From positions 1-37,278 of the forward strand of contig CAZHWX010000001.1 in the NCBI GenBank assembly GCA_964536045.1: a stretch of 37,278 nucleotides of DNA, written 5' to 3'. The position numbers and the translations under genes were made by a program. The DNA comes from an uncultured Candidatus Saccharibacteria bacterium (lineage in GTDB: Bacteria; Patescibacteriota; Minisyncoccia; UBA6257; GWB1-50-10). This document shows positions 8,453-14,850 of the stretch, piece after piece; position 1 is the stretch's first letter, and every line of letters begins with the position of its first letter. The notes beneath the pieces are model-generated. The model ran no database searches. It was given only the letters and a program-made list of their open reading frames with translations, and was not told the origin of the DNA.

Positions 8453-9985
8453 ATGCCAAAAATATTTTTGGAGCGGAATTTAAATACAGATAAAAAAGAC
8501 TGGCAGGAGGAGTTAGAGTTATTAAGTGGAGAATCTGTGGTTTTAAGAATTTCCGAGAAAACTAAATTTTCGGCAAAAACTTTTGCGGAGTTAAGAGAGG
8601 AGGCTAGGGCTAATAAAATTGATTTGGTTTTAGAGGTATTAAACGAATCCGACGCTAAATTAGCGAGGGTGGCAGGTTTTAATGTGAGGATGCCAACTAG
8701 GAAGGGTCCTTCAGTTTCCGATATTGTGTCTAGGCGAGGAGAGATAAAGGCTCGACTACCAGATTTTTTGGCTCGTGGTCCGCGCCCCGAAGAGCATAAA
8801 TTTTTAAGTCGTAATCCAGAGGAGCACAAAAATTGGAGTTTTAAAAAGGCTCTAGGTTATGGAGTGGGCCTTATTTTAGTAGGTGTAATTTTAGTAATTG
8901 CTAATTGGGTTTTGCCGCGAGGTACGGTGCGAGTGGTATTACATCCGTGGCCGGTTCAAATAAATGAAACCATTAAAGTATCTACGGAGGTTTCAGTCCC
9001 CGTAGTTTCTAGTAATTCTGTTTTGCCAGGGGAAATGATTTCGGCAAAAAGAAATTTAGAAAAAACTTTAACTTCTACTTCTACGGTTAAGGTATTGGAG
9101 AAAGCTAAGGGACAACTAACTATATTTAATGCGTTTGGCACTACCCCTCAAACTTTAGTGGCCACTACTCGTTTTGAAACTCCAGAGGGAGTGGTATTTC
9201 GTTTAGACGAAAAAACTACAGTGCCAGGAGGTAAAAAAAATTCGGAGGGAGTTTTGGTGCCGGGTCAGATTACGGTTGCGGTTACTGCAGACAAGTCTGG
9301 GTCAGAGGGTAATATTCCACCAACTAAACTTTGGAAAATTCCAGGTTTTAAGGGAACCCCTCGTTATGAAAAATTTTATGCGGAATCAGCCATGGCTATG
9401 AGTGGCGGCTTTGAGGGAGAACGAGCAGCGCCGGTGGCGGGAGAAATAGAGTTGGTAAAGAAAAATTTAGCCTCTGATTTAGAGTCTGCTCTACGGGGAG
9501 AGTCCTCGGTTTTGATGTCGGAAAATTTTACTTTATTGCCAGGGGTAGAGGACTTTAGATTGGTTAGGGAGGAGGTAGATTTTGATGTAGCAGATAAAAG
9601 TAAGTTTTCAGTTTTTGTAGAAGGTGAGTTGCGTAGTTTAGTTTTTGAAACCGAGATGTTAAAAAGTGTTTTAACAGATTTATCGGCTAAAAAATTAGAA
9701 AAAAAGAATACACTCACTATTCGAGATTTTTCGGTGGGATATACCGAGCCTCAAATGAGCTGGGCTTCGGGGAGTATGGTTTTTAGAGCTACTGGAACTA
9801 TTGTTTTTGAAGAGAAAGTAGATAAAGAAGGACTATCCGAAAAACTTAAGGGTTTAAATGAGGAGGAGATAAAAAAAGTTTTATTTGATTTGCCGGGTTT
9901 GGATAGGGTATCGGTAAATTTTTGGCCTTTTTGGGTAAAGTCGATGCCAAATAATCCAACTCGGATAGAGGTTATTTTTGAATAG
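8453..9985 (+). CDS. hypothetical single-pass membrane protein with large C-terminal (probably extracytoplasmic) domain
   Basis: 510-aa ORF. It has a charged N-terminal region of about 130 aa, one TM segment ('GVGLILVGVILVIANWVL'), then about 350 aa rich in beta-type segments ('GQLTIFNAFGTTPQTLVATTRFETPEGVVFRLDEKTTVPGG'). No family was recognised with confidence. Confidence 0.55.
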   Translation: MPKIFLERNLNTDKKDWQEELELLSGESVVLRISEKTKFSAKTFAELREEARANKIDLVLEVLNESDAKLARVAGFNVRMPTRKGPSVSDIVSRRGEIKARLPDFLARGPRPEEHKFLSRNPEEHKNWSFKKALGYGVGLILVGVILVIANWVLPRGTVRVVLHPWPVQINETIKVSTEVSVPVVSSNSVLPGEMISAKRNLEKTLTSTSTVKVLEKAKGQLTIFNAFGTTPQTLVATTRFETPEGVVFRLDEKTTVPGGKKNSEGVLVPGQITVAVTADKSGSEGNIPPTKLWKIPGFKGTPRYEKFYAESAMAMSGGFEGERAAPVAGEIELVKKNLASDLESALRGESSVLMSENFTLLPGVEDFRLVREEVDFDVADKSKFSVFVEGELRSLVFETEMLKSVLTDLSAKKLEKKNTLTIRDFSVGYTEPQMSWASGSMVFRATGTIVFEEKVDKEGLSEKLKGLNEEEIKKVLFDLPGLDRVSVNFWPFWVKSMPNNPTRIEVIFE

Positions 9986-10005
9986 CTTTAAATATGGGTT
10001 CCCCC

Positions 10006-10034
10006 TTGACTCTCTTAACCCCTTTCCATATAAT
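10006..10034 (+). promoter_or_regulatory. sigma-70-type promoter TTGACT-17 nt-TATAAT for the infA-rpsI operon
   Basis: The -35 TTGACT lies at 10006-10011 and the -10 TATAAT at 10029-10034, with a 17-nt spacer. The -10 ends 21 nt upstream of the infA ATG. Confidence 0.65.
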
Positions 10035-10055
10035 GACACCCGTTTGTCTTCATAA

Positions 10056-10274
10056 ATGAGTGAAACCGAAGTATTTAAGGTAGAGGGGGTAATAACCGAA
10101 GCTCTACCGAGTCTTTTATTTCGGGTTTCTTTAACTGAGGATAATCGGCCAATTTTGGCTCACTTGGGTGGCAAGCTTAAGTTGAATCGGATTCGCGTAG
10201 TACCCGGCGATCGGGTAGTGGTCGAAATGACCAAGTACGACGAAAATCGAGGACGCATAGTACGTCGCTTATAA
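10056..10274 (+). CDS. infA: translation initiation factor IF-1
   Basis: 72-aa S1-like OB fold: '[18 protein letters not shown]...[39 protein letters not shown]'. Confidence 0.97.
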   Translation: MSETEVFKVEGVITEALPSLLFRVSLTEDNRPILAHLGGKLKLNRIRVVPGDRVVVEMTKYDENRGRIVRRL

Positions 10275-10279
10275 ACAAA

Positions 10280-10393
10280 ATGAAAGTACGTTCTTCTGTA
10301 AAAAAAATCTGTAATAAGTGCAAAACCGTTCGTCGCAAGGGACGGGTTTATGTTGTTTGTGAAACTAAGAAACACAAACAAAGACAAGGTTAA
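10280..10393 (+). CDS. rpmJ: 50S ribosomal protein L36
   Basis: Not in the supplied ORF track because it is too short. Hand translation gives [37 protein letters not shown] (37 aa), with the CxxC...C...H zinc ribbon. It sits in the canonical position between infA and rpsM. Confidence 0.93.
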   Translation: MKVRSSVKKICNKCKTVRRKGRVYVVCETKKHKQRQG

Positions 10394-10397
10394 AAAC

Positions 10398-10781
10398 ATG
10401 CGTATTTCCGGAACTAACATCCCAGACGAAAAGAGAATCGATTTTTCCTTAGCCTATATTTATGGTGTAGGGCGTTCTTTGGCTAAAGATATCTTGGCCG
10501 AGGTTAAAATTGATCCAACCAAACGGGCTAAGACCTTAACTTTGGAAGAGATTAACAAGATTCAGGCCTACATTGAAAAGAAATTAAAAGTAGAGGGTGA
10601 ATTAAGACAACAGATTCGTCAAAATATTGCTCGCTTGAAAGACATCAAGGCTTATCGTGGAACTCGTCATCAGCGCCGATTACCGACTCGTGGCCAACGG
10701 ACCAAAACCAATTCCCGAACTGTTCGTGGTAACGTAAGAAAGACCGCGGGTAGTGGTAAGCGTAAGGTGGATTTGAAATAA
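10398..10781 (+). CDS. rpsM: 30S ribosomal protein S13
   Basis: 'MRISGTNIPDEKRIDFSLAYIYGVGRSLAKDIL...' is the canonical S13 N-terminus. The track ORF start at 10350 lies inside rpmJ and was rejected in favour of the ATG at 10398. Confidence 0.95.
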   Translation: MRISGTNIPDEKRIDFSLAYIYGVGRSLAKDILAEVKIDPTKRAKTLTLEEINKIQAYIEKKLKVEGELRQQIRQNIARLKDIKAYRGTRHQRRLPTRGQRTKTNSRTVRGNVRKTAGSGKRKVDLK

Positions 10782-10785
10782 AATT

Positions 10786-11214
10786 ATGGGAAAAAGAAAA
10801 TCAGTACAAAAAGGAGAAGCGGGTGCAGTAGCCGAGAAGGCTCCGGTCAAGACGGTTTCTCGTCAACGCATTGATAGTGGTCGAATTTATATTCAGGCTT
10901 CTATTAACAATACTATTGTAACCATCACCGATCAGAAGGGTGCTACTTTAGCTTGGATGTCGGCTGGTTCGGTCGGCTTTTCGGGTCCTAAGAAAGCTAC
11001 TCCTTTTGCGGCTTCTAAGGTTATTGAAGCTATTGCCGAAAAAGTTAAGCGTTCTGGTCCTACCAATGTAGAAGTTTTTATAACTGGTATTGGAAAGGGT
11101 AGAGATTCCGCTATTCGTACTATTGCTACTGCGGGTTTTAATATTTCATCTATTAAAGATATGACTCCGGTTGCTCATAACGGTCCACGACCTCGCAAGG
11201 TCCGTCGCGTTTAA
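10786..11214 (+). CDS. rpsK: 30S ribosomal protein S11
   Basis: 'GRIYIQASINNTIVTITDQKGATLAWMSAGSVGFSGPKKATPFAA...DMTPVAHNGPRPRKVRRV' is canonical S11. Confidence 0.96.
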   Translation: MGKRKSVQKGEAGAVAEKAPVKTVSRQRIDSGRIYIQASINNTIVTITDQKGATLAWMSAGSVGFSGPKKATPFAASKVIEAIAEKVKRSGPTNVEVFITGIGKGRDSAIRTIATAGFNISSIKDMTPVAHNGPRPRKVRRV

Positions 11215-11226
11215 AAAAATAAATCC

Positions 11227-11829
11227 ATGCGTGCAATCATAAAAGAAAAAAAGGAGCGATCACTCGGAACTAAACTGTTTTTAAAAGCAGAGCGTTCGTA
11301 TACTCCAAAATCGGCCGTAGTTCGTCGCCCATATAAGCCAGGTCCGCATGGTCCAAATAGCCGAGCTCGACTTTCCGATTTTGCTAAAGAATTACAGGAG
11401 AAACAAAAAATCCAAGTTACGTTTGGTTTGAATAATAAACAGATGCAAAAAACCTTCTCTGGCACGGGCGCAGAGGCGATGGTAGCTTTGCATATGCGTT
11501 TAGATACTACTGTGTTTCTTTTGGGCCTAGCTCGCTCTATGCGAGTGGCTCGTCAACTCGTTAGTCATGGTCATATTGTGGTGAATGGTAGAAAGGTGAC
11601 AATTTCCTCGAGTCGTGTTAAAGTCAAAGACATTATCGCCATCCGACCAGAGTCTCGTGAGTCTAAACTCTTTGAGGGTTTGGCCGAGCGACTCAAGGCC
11701 CATAAGCCTTCGGTTTGGTTGCGATTAGATGCTGATAAACTCCAAGGTTCGGTTAGTGCACTTCCTAAGCCGGAAGATTTGCAATTTCCGTTTGATGTCG
11801 CCTTGGTCGGACAGTATTATTCCCGTTAA
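11227..11829 (+). CDS. rpsD: 30S ribosomal protein S4
   Basis: S4 N-domain followed by the S4 RNA-binding domain 'RLDTTVFLLGLARSMRVARQLVSHGHIVVNGRKV'. Operon position is canonical. Confidence 0.93.
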   Translation: MRAIIKEKKERSLGTKLFLKAERSYTPKSAVVRRPYKPGPHGPNSRARLSDFAKELQEKQKIQVTFGLNNKQMQKTFSGTGAEAMVALHMRLDTTVFLLGLARSMRVARQLVSHGHIVVNGRKVTISSSRVKVKDIIAIRPESRESKLFEGLAERLKAHKPSVWLRLDADKLQGSVSALPKPEDLQFPFDVALVGQYYSR

Positions 11830-11834
11830 ACAAA

Positions 11835-12572
11835 ATGAAATACTCACACTTAAGCGAGACGGTTTCCATCAAGACGGTTTCGGAGAAAGACAACGTTGGT
11901 GTTTTTCACGTCGAAGGTTTATACACCGGTTATGGTGCAACTTTAGGTACGGCTTTGCGTCGTGCATTGCTTTCGTCTTTGCCGGGTGCAGCTATTACCC
12001 AAATAAAAATTAAGGGTGTAGATCATGAATTTTCTACTTTGCCAGGTATGGTAGAAGATATTGTGGAATTTTGTTTGAATTTAAAAAAGGTTCGTTTTCA
12101 CTTCTTTGCGGATGAGCCACAGGTAGTAACTCTTTCTTTGAAGGGAGAAACTGAGGTGACCGCGGGAGACATTCAATCCAGTCCGTTAGTGCAAGTAGTA
12201 AATACGGATTTACACTTAGCCACCATGACTAAGAAGAATGCAGAATTGGAAATGGAAATCACCGTAGAAAAGGGTTTGGGTTATGTACCTAGCGAAACTC
12301 GCCGTTTAGAGCGTTTACCAGTAGGTACCATAGTTTTGGACTCCTTGTTTTCTCCGGTAGTGCGCGCTGCCGTCTTAGTAGAAAATATGCGCGTAGGGGA
12401 TAGAACGGATTTTAATCGCTTAACTTTAGATGTAGAAACGGATGGTACTATTAGCCCATCGGAGGCGGTTCACAAAGCGGCCAATATTTTGCGTGACCAT
12501 TTTGATAAAGTTTCTCAGATGGAAGTTCAGAAGTTGGAAGTAGAATCCACCAAGAAGGGAAAGAAAAAATAA
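11835..12572 (+). CDS. rpoA: DNA-directed RNA polymerase alpha subunit, N-terminal (assembly) domain only
   Basis: 'GVFHVEGLYTGYGATLGTALRRALLSSLPGAAIT', 'VEDIVEFCLNLKKV' and 'LDSLFSPV' are alpha-NTD motifs. The ORF ends at 245 aa in a Lys-rich tail, and rplQ follows after 26 nt. Confidence 0.9.
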   Translation: MKYSHLSETVSIKTVSEKDNVGVFHVEGLYTGYGATLGTALRRALLSSLPGAAITQIKIKGVDHEFSTLPGMVEDIVEFCLNLKKVRFHFFADEPQVVTLSLKGETEVTAGDIQSSPLVQVVNTDLHLATMTKKNAELEMEITVEKGLGYVPSETRRLERLPVGTIVLDSLFSPVVRAAVLVENMRVGDRTDFNRLTLDVETDGTISPSEAVHKAANILRDHFDKVSQMEVQKLEVESTKKGKKK

Positions 12573-12598
12573 AAATTAGTTAGAAAGAATAAAACACT

Positions 12599-12949
12599 AT
12601 GCGCCATTTAAAGCGAGGAAGAAAATTTGGTTTAAAAACCGGTCAACGCCGAGCCTTCTTACGCAACTTGGCGGGTCAGTTGGTAACTCACGAAAAGATT
12701 ACTACCACTGAAGCGAGAGCGAAGGAGTTGCGAGGAATTGTGGAGCGTTATATCTCTTACGGAAAAAAGCAGAATTTAGCTGGCTTGAGAATGCTTATTC
12801 AGAAATTACCTAAGACTGCCGCTCACAAGGTGTATCACGAATTAGCTCCTCGTTATAAAGATCGTAAGGGTGGTTACACTCGTGTGGTGAAGCAAGCCAA
12901 GGCTCGGGTCCACGATGGCTCTAAAATGGCCAGCATTCAATTAGTTTAA
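12599..12949 (+). CDS. rplQ: 50S ribosomal protein L17
   Basis: 'MRHLKRGRKFGLKTGQRRAFLRNLAGQLVTHEKITTTEARAKELR' is canonical L17. Confidence 0.96.
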   Translation: MRHLKRGRKFGLKTGQRRAFLRNLAGQLVTHEKITTTEARAKELRGIVERYISYGKKQNLAGLRMLIQKLPKTAAHKVYHELAPRYKDRKGGYTRVVKQAKARVHDGSKMASIQLV

Positions 12950-12953
12950 GACT

Positions 12954-13295
12954 ATGACTCATACTATCGACGCAACCAATAAGAAGCTTGGCCGTTTGGC
13001 TTCTCAAATCGCTGTTATTTTGCAGGGTAAGAACAGCCCTAAATATAATCCCAACAAAGAAGGGGAGGATAAGGTTATTATTACTAACTTAAAAGCTTTG
13101 GATGTAGAAGCTAGCAAGTTTGATGAAAAGATTTATTATCGTCATGCTGGTGCCTTAGGTCACTTGAATGAGAAAAAATTCCGAGACGTTTTTGCTCGTA
13201 ACCCAACCTTTGTGTTGCGTCGGGCAGTACGTTTAATGTTACCGAAAAATCGTTTGGCGGCTAAGCGTTTGCGTCGGATGACAATTGAAAAATAA
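12954..13295 (+). CDS. rplM: 50S ribosomal protein L13 (short form, 113 aa)
   Basis: 'IDATNKKLGRLASQIAVILQGK' and 'YYRHAGALGHLNEKKFRDVFARNPTFVLRRAVRLMLPKNRL' are L13 core motifs. It is followed by rpsI as in the rplM-rpsI operon. Confidence 0.9.
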   Translation: MTHTIDATNKKLGRLASQIAVILQGKNSPKYNPNKEGEDKVIITNLKALDVEASKFDEKIYYRHAGALGHLNEKKFRDVFARNPTFVLRRAVRLMLPKNRLAAKRLRRMTIEK

Positions 13296-13299
13296 TTTT

Positions 13300-13740
13300 A
13301 TGGCTACTACTAAACCAGCAGTAAAAAAGGAAGCAAAGATTGATAAATATATTGAGGCCGTCGGTCGTCGTAAAACTGCGATCGCTCGGGTTCGTTTATA
13401 TACCGTAAAATTAAAAGATAATGAGAAGGTGGTGGAAGTAAATGATAAATCTTTAACCAAATATTTTTCTTTATTGAAGCAGACTCGGATTGTAACCTCG
13501 CCTTTTGATCAACTCTCTTTAAAGGAGTATAGAGTTACCGTGCAGGTTGTGGGAGGTGGTTCTAATGCTCAGGCAGAAGCCATCCGTCACGGTATTTCCC
13601 GTGTTTTAATTACGATGAATCCAATTTGGAGAACCAAATTGAAACAGCTCGGTTTCTTGAAGCGAGATTCGCGTATGGTGGAGCGTAAGCATCCAGGTAT
13701 GCGTAAGGCTCGTCGGCCACAACAGTGGAGAAAGCGTTAA
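13300..13740 (+). CDS. rpsI: 30S ribosomal protein S9
   Basis: 'GRRKTAIARVRLY' and the C-terminal 'RDSRMVERKHPGMRKARRPQQWRKR' are canonical S9. The ATG at 13300 is preferred over the track's TTG at 13285, which overlaps rplM. Confidence 0.94.
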   Translation: MATTKPAVKKEAKIDKYIEAVGRRKTAIARVRLYTVKLKDNEKVVEVNDKSLTKYFSLLKQTRIVTSPFDQLSLKEYRVTVQVVGGGSNAQAEAIRHGISRVLITMNPIWRTKLKQLGFLKRDSRMVERKHPGMRKARRPQQWRKR

Positions 13741-13745
13741 AAATC

Positions 13746-13768
13746 AAAAGCCCCTTCGGGGGCTTTTT
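13746..13768 (+). terminator. rho-independent terminator of the ribosomal operon
   Basis: AAAAGCCCC-TTCG-GGGGCTTTTT lies 6 nt after the rpsI stop. It is a GC stem with a tetraloop and a T-run. Confidence 0.85.
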
Positions 13769-13804
13769 ATTTACTTTTTAAAAAATAAAAACAATTATTA
13801 ATTT

Positions 13805-14269
13805 ATGAAAATTGCCGTAGTGTTGGTGGATGTGCGGAGTATTGAAAATGTGGGGTCTATTTTTCGCACCGCGGATGGAGCGGGGGTGGAGAAAATTTAT
13901 TTAGGTGGAATTACTCCAACCCCACTTAATCGATTAGGTAAGCCACGAGAGGATCTGGCTAAGGTGGCGTTGGGTGCCGAGACTAGCGTGGCTTGGGAGC
14001 AAGCTCCAAACGTATTAACCCTACTTAAGAAACTTAAAAAAGAAGGTTGGCAGATTTGTGCTATTGAGCAGGATAAAAATTCTAAGAGTTTTAAAAAATT
14101 ACCAAAATCTAGGAAAGTTTTAATTGTGATGGGAACCGAGGTAACTGGGTTACCGAAAAATATTTTGAAAGTTTGTGATGGGATTTATGAAATTCCAATG
14201 AGGGGGAGCAAGGAGTCTTTAAATGTGTCCGTAGCTTTTGGAGTTGCGGTTTATGAAGTTGTTAATTAG
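13805..14269 (+). CDS. SpoU/TrmH-family (SPOUT) RNA 2'-O-methyltransferase
   Basis: 'IENVGSIFRTADGAGVEKIYL', 'LIVMGTEVTGLP' and 'YEIPMRGSKESLNVSVAFGVAVYE' are the three SPOUT/TrmH motifs. The substrate is not assignable. Confidence 0.85.
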   Translation: MKIAVVLVDVRSIENVGSIFRTADGAGVEKIYLGGITPTPLNRLGKPREDLAKVALGAETSVAWEQAPNVLTLLKKLKKEGWQICAIEQDKNSKSFKKLPKSRKVLIVMGTEVTGLPKNILKVCDGIYEIPMRGSKESLNVSVAFGVAVYEVVN

Positions 14270-14300
14270 TTGATTGATTTTTGGTGTAATTATGGCGTTT

Positions 14301-14330
14301 TCAAAAAATTCGCATATGTGAATTTTTTGA
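14301..14330. repeat. 30-nt near-perfect palindrome
   Basis: TCAAAAAATTCGCAT|ATGTGAATTTTTTGA has one mismatch (G/A, which is G.U in RNA). It lies between the SpoU-family gene and the tRNA promoter. Confidence 0.7.
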
Positions 14331-14341
14331 AGATGTGGAGT

Positions 14342-14370
14342 TTGACCAAAAGATAGAGATTTATTAGATT
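14342..14370 (+). promoter_or_regulatory. sigma-70-type promoter TTGACC-17 nt-TAGATT for the tRNA array
   Basis: The -35 lies at 14342-14347 and the -10 at 14365-14370, with a 17-nt spacer. The first tRNA starts 19 nt downstream. Confidence 0.55.
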
Positions 14371-14388
14371 AGGTGACAGCTATTTTAA

Positions 14389-14466
14389 GGGGCAAGAGCT
14401 CGGTCGTGGTAGAGCGTCGGACTATTAATCCGGAGGCCGAAGGTTCGAATCCTTCTTGCCCCGCCA
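14389..14466 (+). tRNA. tRNA, Asn-like body, anticodon reads ATT (A34)
   Basis: Hand-folded cloverleaf: acceptor GGGGCAA/TTGCCCC, D arm GCTC-GGTCGTGGTA-GAGC, anticodon arm TCGGA-CTATTAA-TCCGG (anticodon 14424-14426), T arm GAAGG-TTCGAAT-CCTTC, discriminator G, then an encoded CCA. Confidence 0.8.
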
Positions 14467-14538
14467 CGGGGATAGCTCAATTGGGAGAGCGCCACCCTGC
14501 CAGGGTGGAGGTTGGAGGTTCGAGTCCTTCTCCCTGTA
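14466..14538 (+). tRNA. tRNA with anticodon GCC (Gly) but Ala-type acceptor/D-arm identity elements
   Basis: Cloverleaf: acceptor ACGGGGA/TCCCTGT (G3.U70), D arm GCTC-AATTGGGA-GAGC, anticodon arm CCACC-CTGCCAG-GGTGG (anticodon 14499-14501), T arm GGAGG-TTCGAGT-CCTTC, discriminator A. No CCA is encoded. Position 1 is the A of the upstream tRNA's CCA. Confidence 0.8.
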
Positions 14539-14542
14539 CGAA

Positions 14543-14614
14543 ACGAGAATAGCTCAGTGGTAGAGCATCAGAGTGCCACTCTGAAGGTCGGTGGTTCGAA
14601 CCCACTTTCTCGTT
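14543..14614 (+). tRNA. tRNA-Gly (anticodon GCC)
   Basis: Cloverleaf: acceptor ACGAGAA/TTCTCGT, D arm GCTC-AGTGGTA-GAGC, anticodon arm TCAGA-GTGCCAC-TCTGA (anticodon 14575-14577), T arm GGTGG-TTCGAAC-CCACT, discriminator U73. C2:G71 and G3:C70 are consistent with Gly identity. Confidence 0.85.
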
Positions 14615-14619
14615 CGAAA

Positions 14620-14645
14620 GAAGCAGTAGATTTTATTACTGTTTC
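14620..14645 (+). terminator. possible weak terminator/processing hairpin after the tRNA array
   Basis: GAAGCAGTA-(8-nt loop)-TACTGTTTC forms 9 bp with one G.U, followed by AATTT. There is no clean T-run. Confidence 0.3.
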
Positions 14646-14813
14646 AATTTGGGGCGACATAAACAAATATCCTGGTTCGGGGGAAGCTCCCGGTTACGGC
14701 GTGGATGTTTGAGTTATTTTAAATTCTTTGTTTAAGGGAGACCTGCGAGAATTTTTAGTTAGACCCCTGCTGCCTGGTCTTTTTCTAGAAAGGACTGGGC
14801 ATGCAATTATTAA

Positions 14814-14850
14814 TAAAAAAATCCTCACGATATTCGTGATGATTTTTCTT
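14814..14850. terminator. bidirectional rho-independent terminator
   Basis: AAAAAAA-ATCCTCACGA-TAT-TCGTGATGAT-TTTTCTTTT. The hairpin is flanked by an A-run and a T-run. It lies downstream of the tRNA region on the plus strand and 9 nt downstream of the DoxX stop on the minus strand. Confidence 0.7.

Noticed and set aside
8428-8829. 133-aa minus-strand ORF, with similar antisense ORFs at 8956-9141 and 9376-9717, opposite the 510-aa gene
   Set aside because: These are Ser/Lys/Phe-rich shadow frames of an AT-rich coding strand. The plus-strand ORF is 510 codons without interruption and fits the operon orientation.
10160-10420. 86-aa minus-strand ORF across infA, rpmJ and rpsM
   Set aside because: It is antisense to three canonical translation genes, so it is a shadow ORF.
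11729-12013. 94-aa plus-strand ORF overlapping the rpsD end and the rpoA start in another frame
   Set aside because: Both overlapped genes are unambiguous (S4, RpoA). The alternative frame has no motif and is Cys/Arg/Phe-rich noise.
14612-14632. SRP (4.5S) RNA-like motif TTC-GAAA-GAA-GCAG just after tRNA-Gly
   Set aside because: It only superficially resembles the helix-8 'UCC-GGAA-GGA-AGCAG' core. It lacks the conserved A of the symmetric loop. Its 5' partner strand would fall inside the tRNA, and no complementary 3' strand with the expected GGUG/CAGG elements is present.
14512-14712. 66-aa plus-strand ORF in the supplied track
   Set aside because: It is translated straight through two cloverleaf tRNA genes (14466-14538 and 14543-14614), so the tRNA interpretation explains the sequence.
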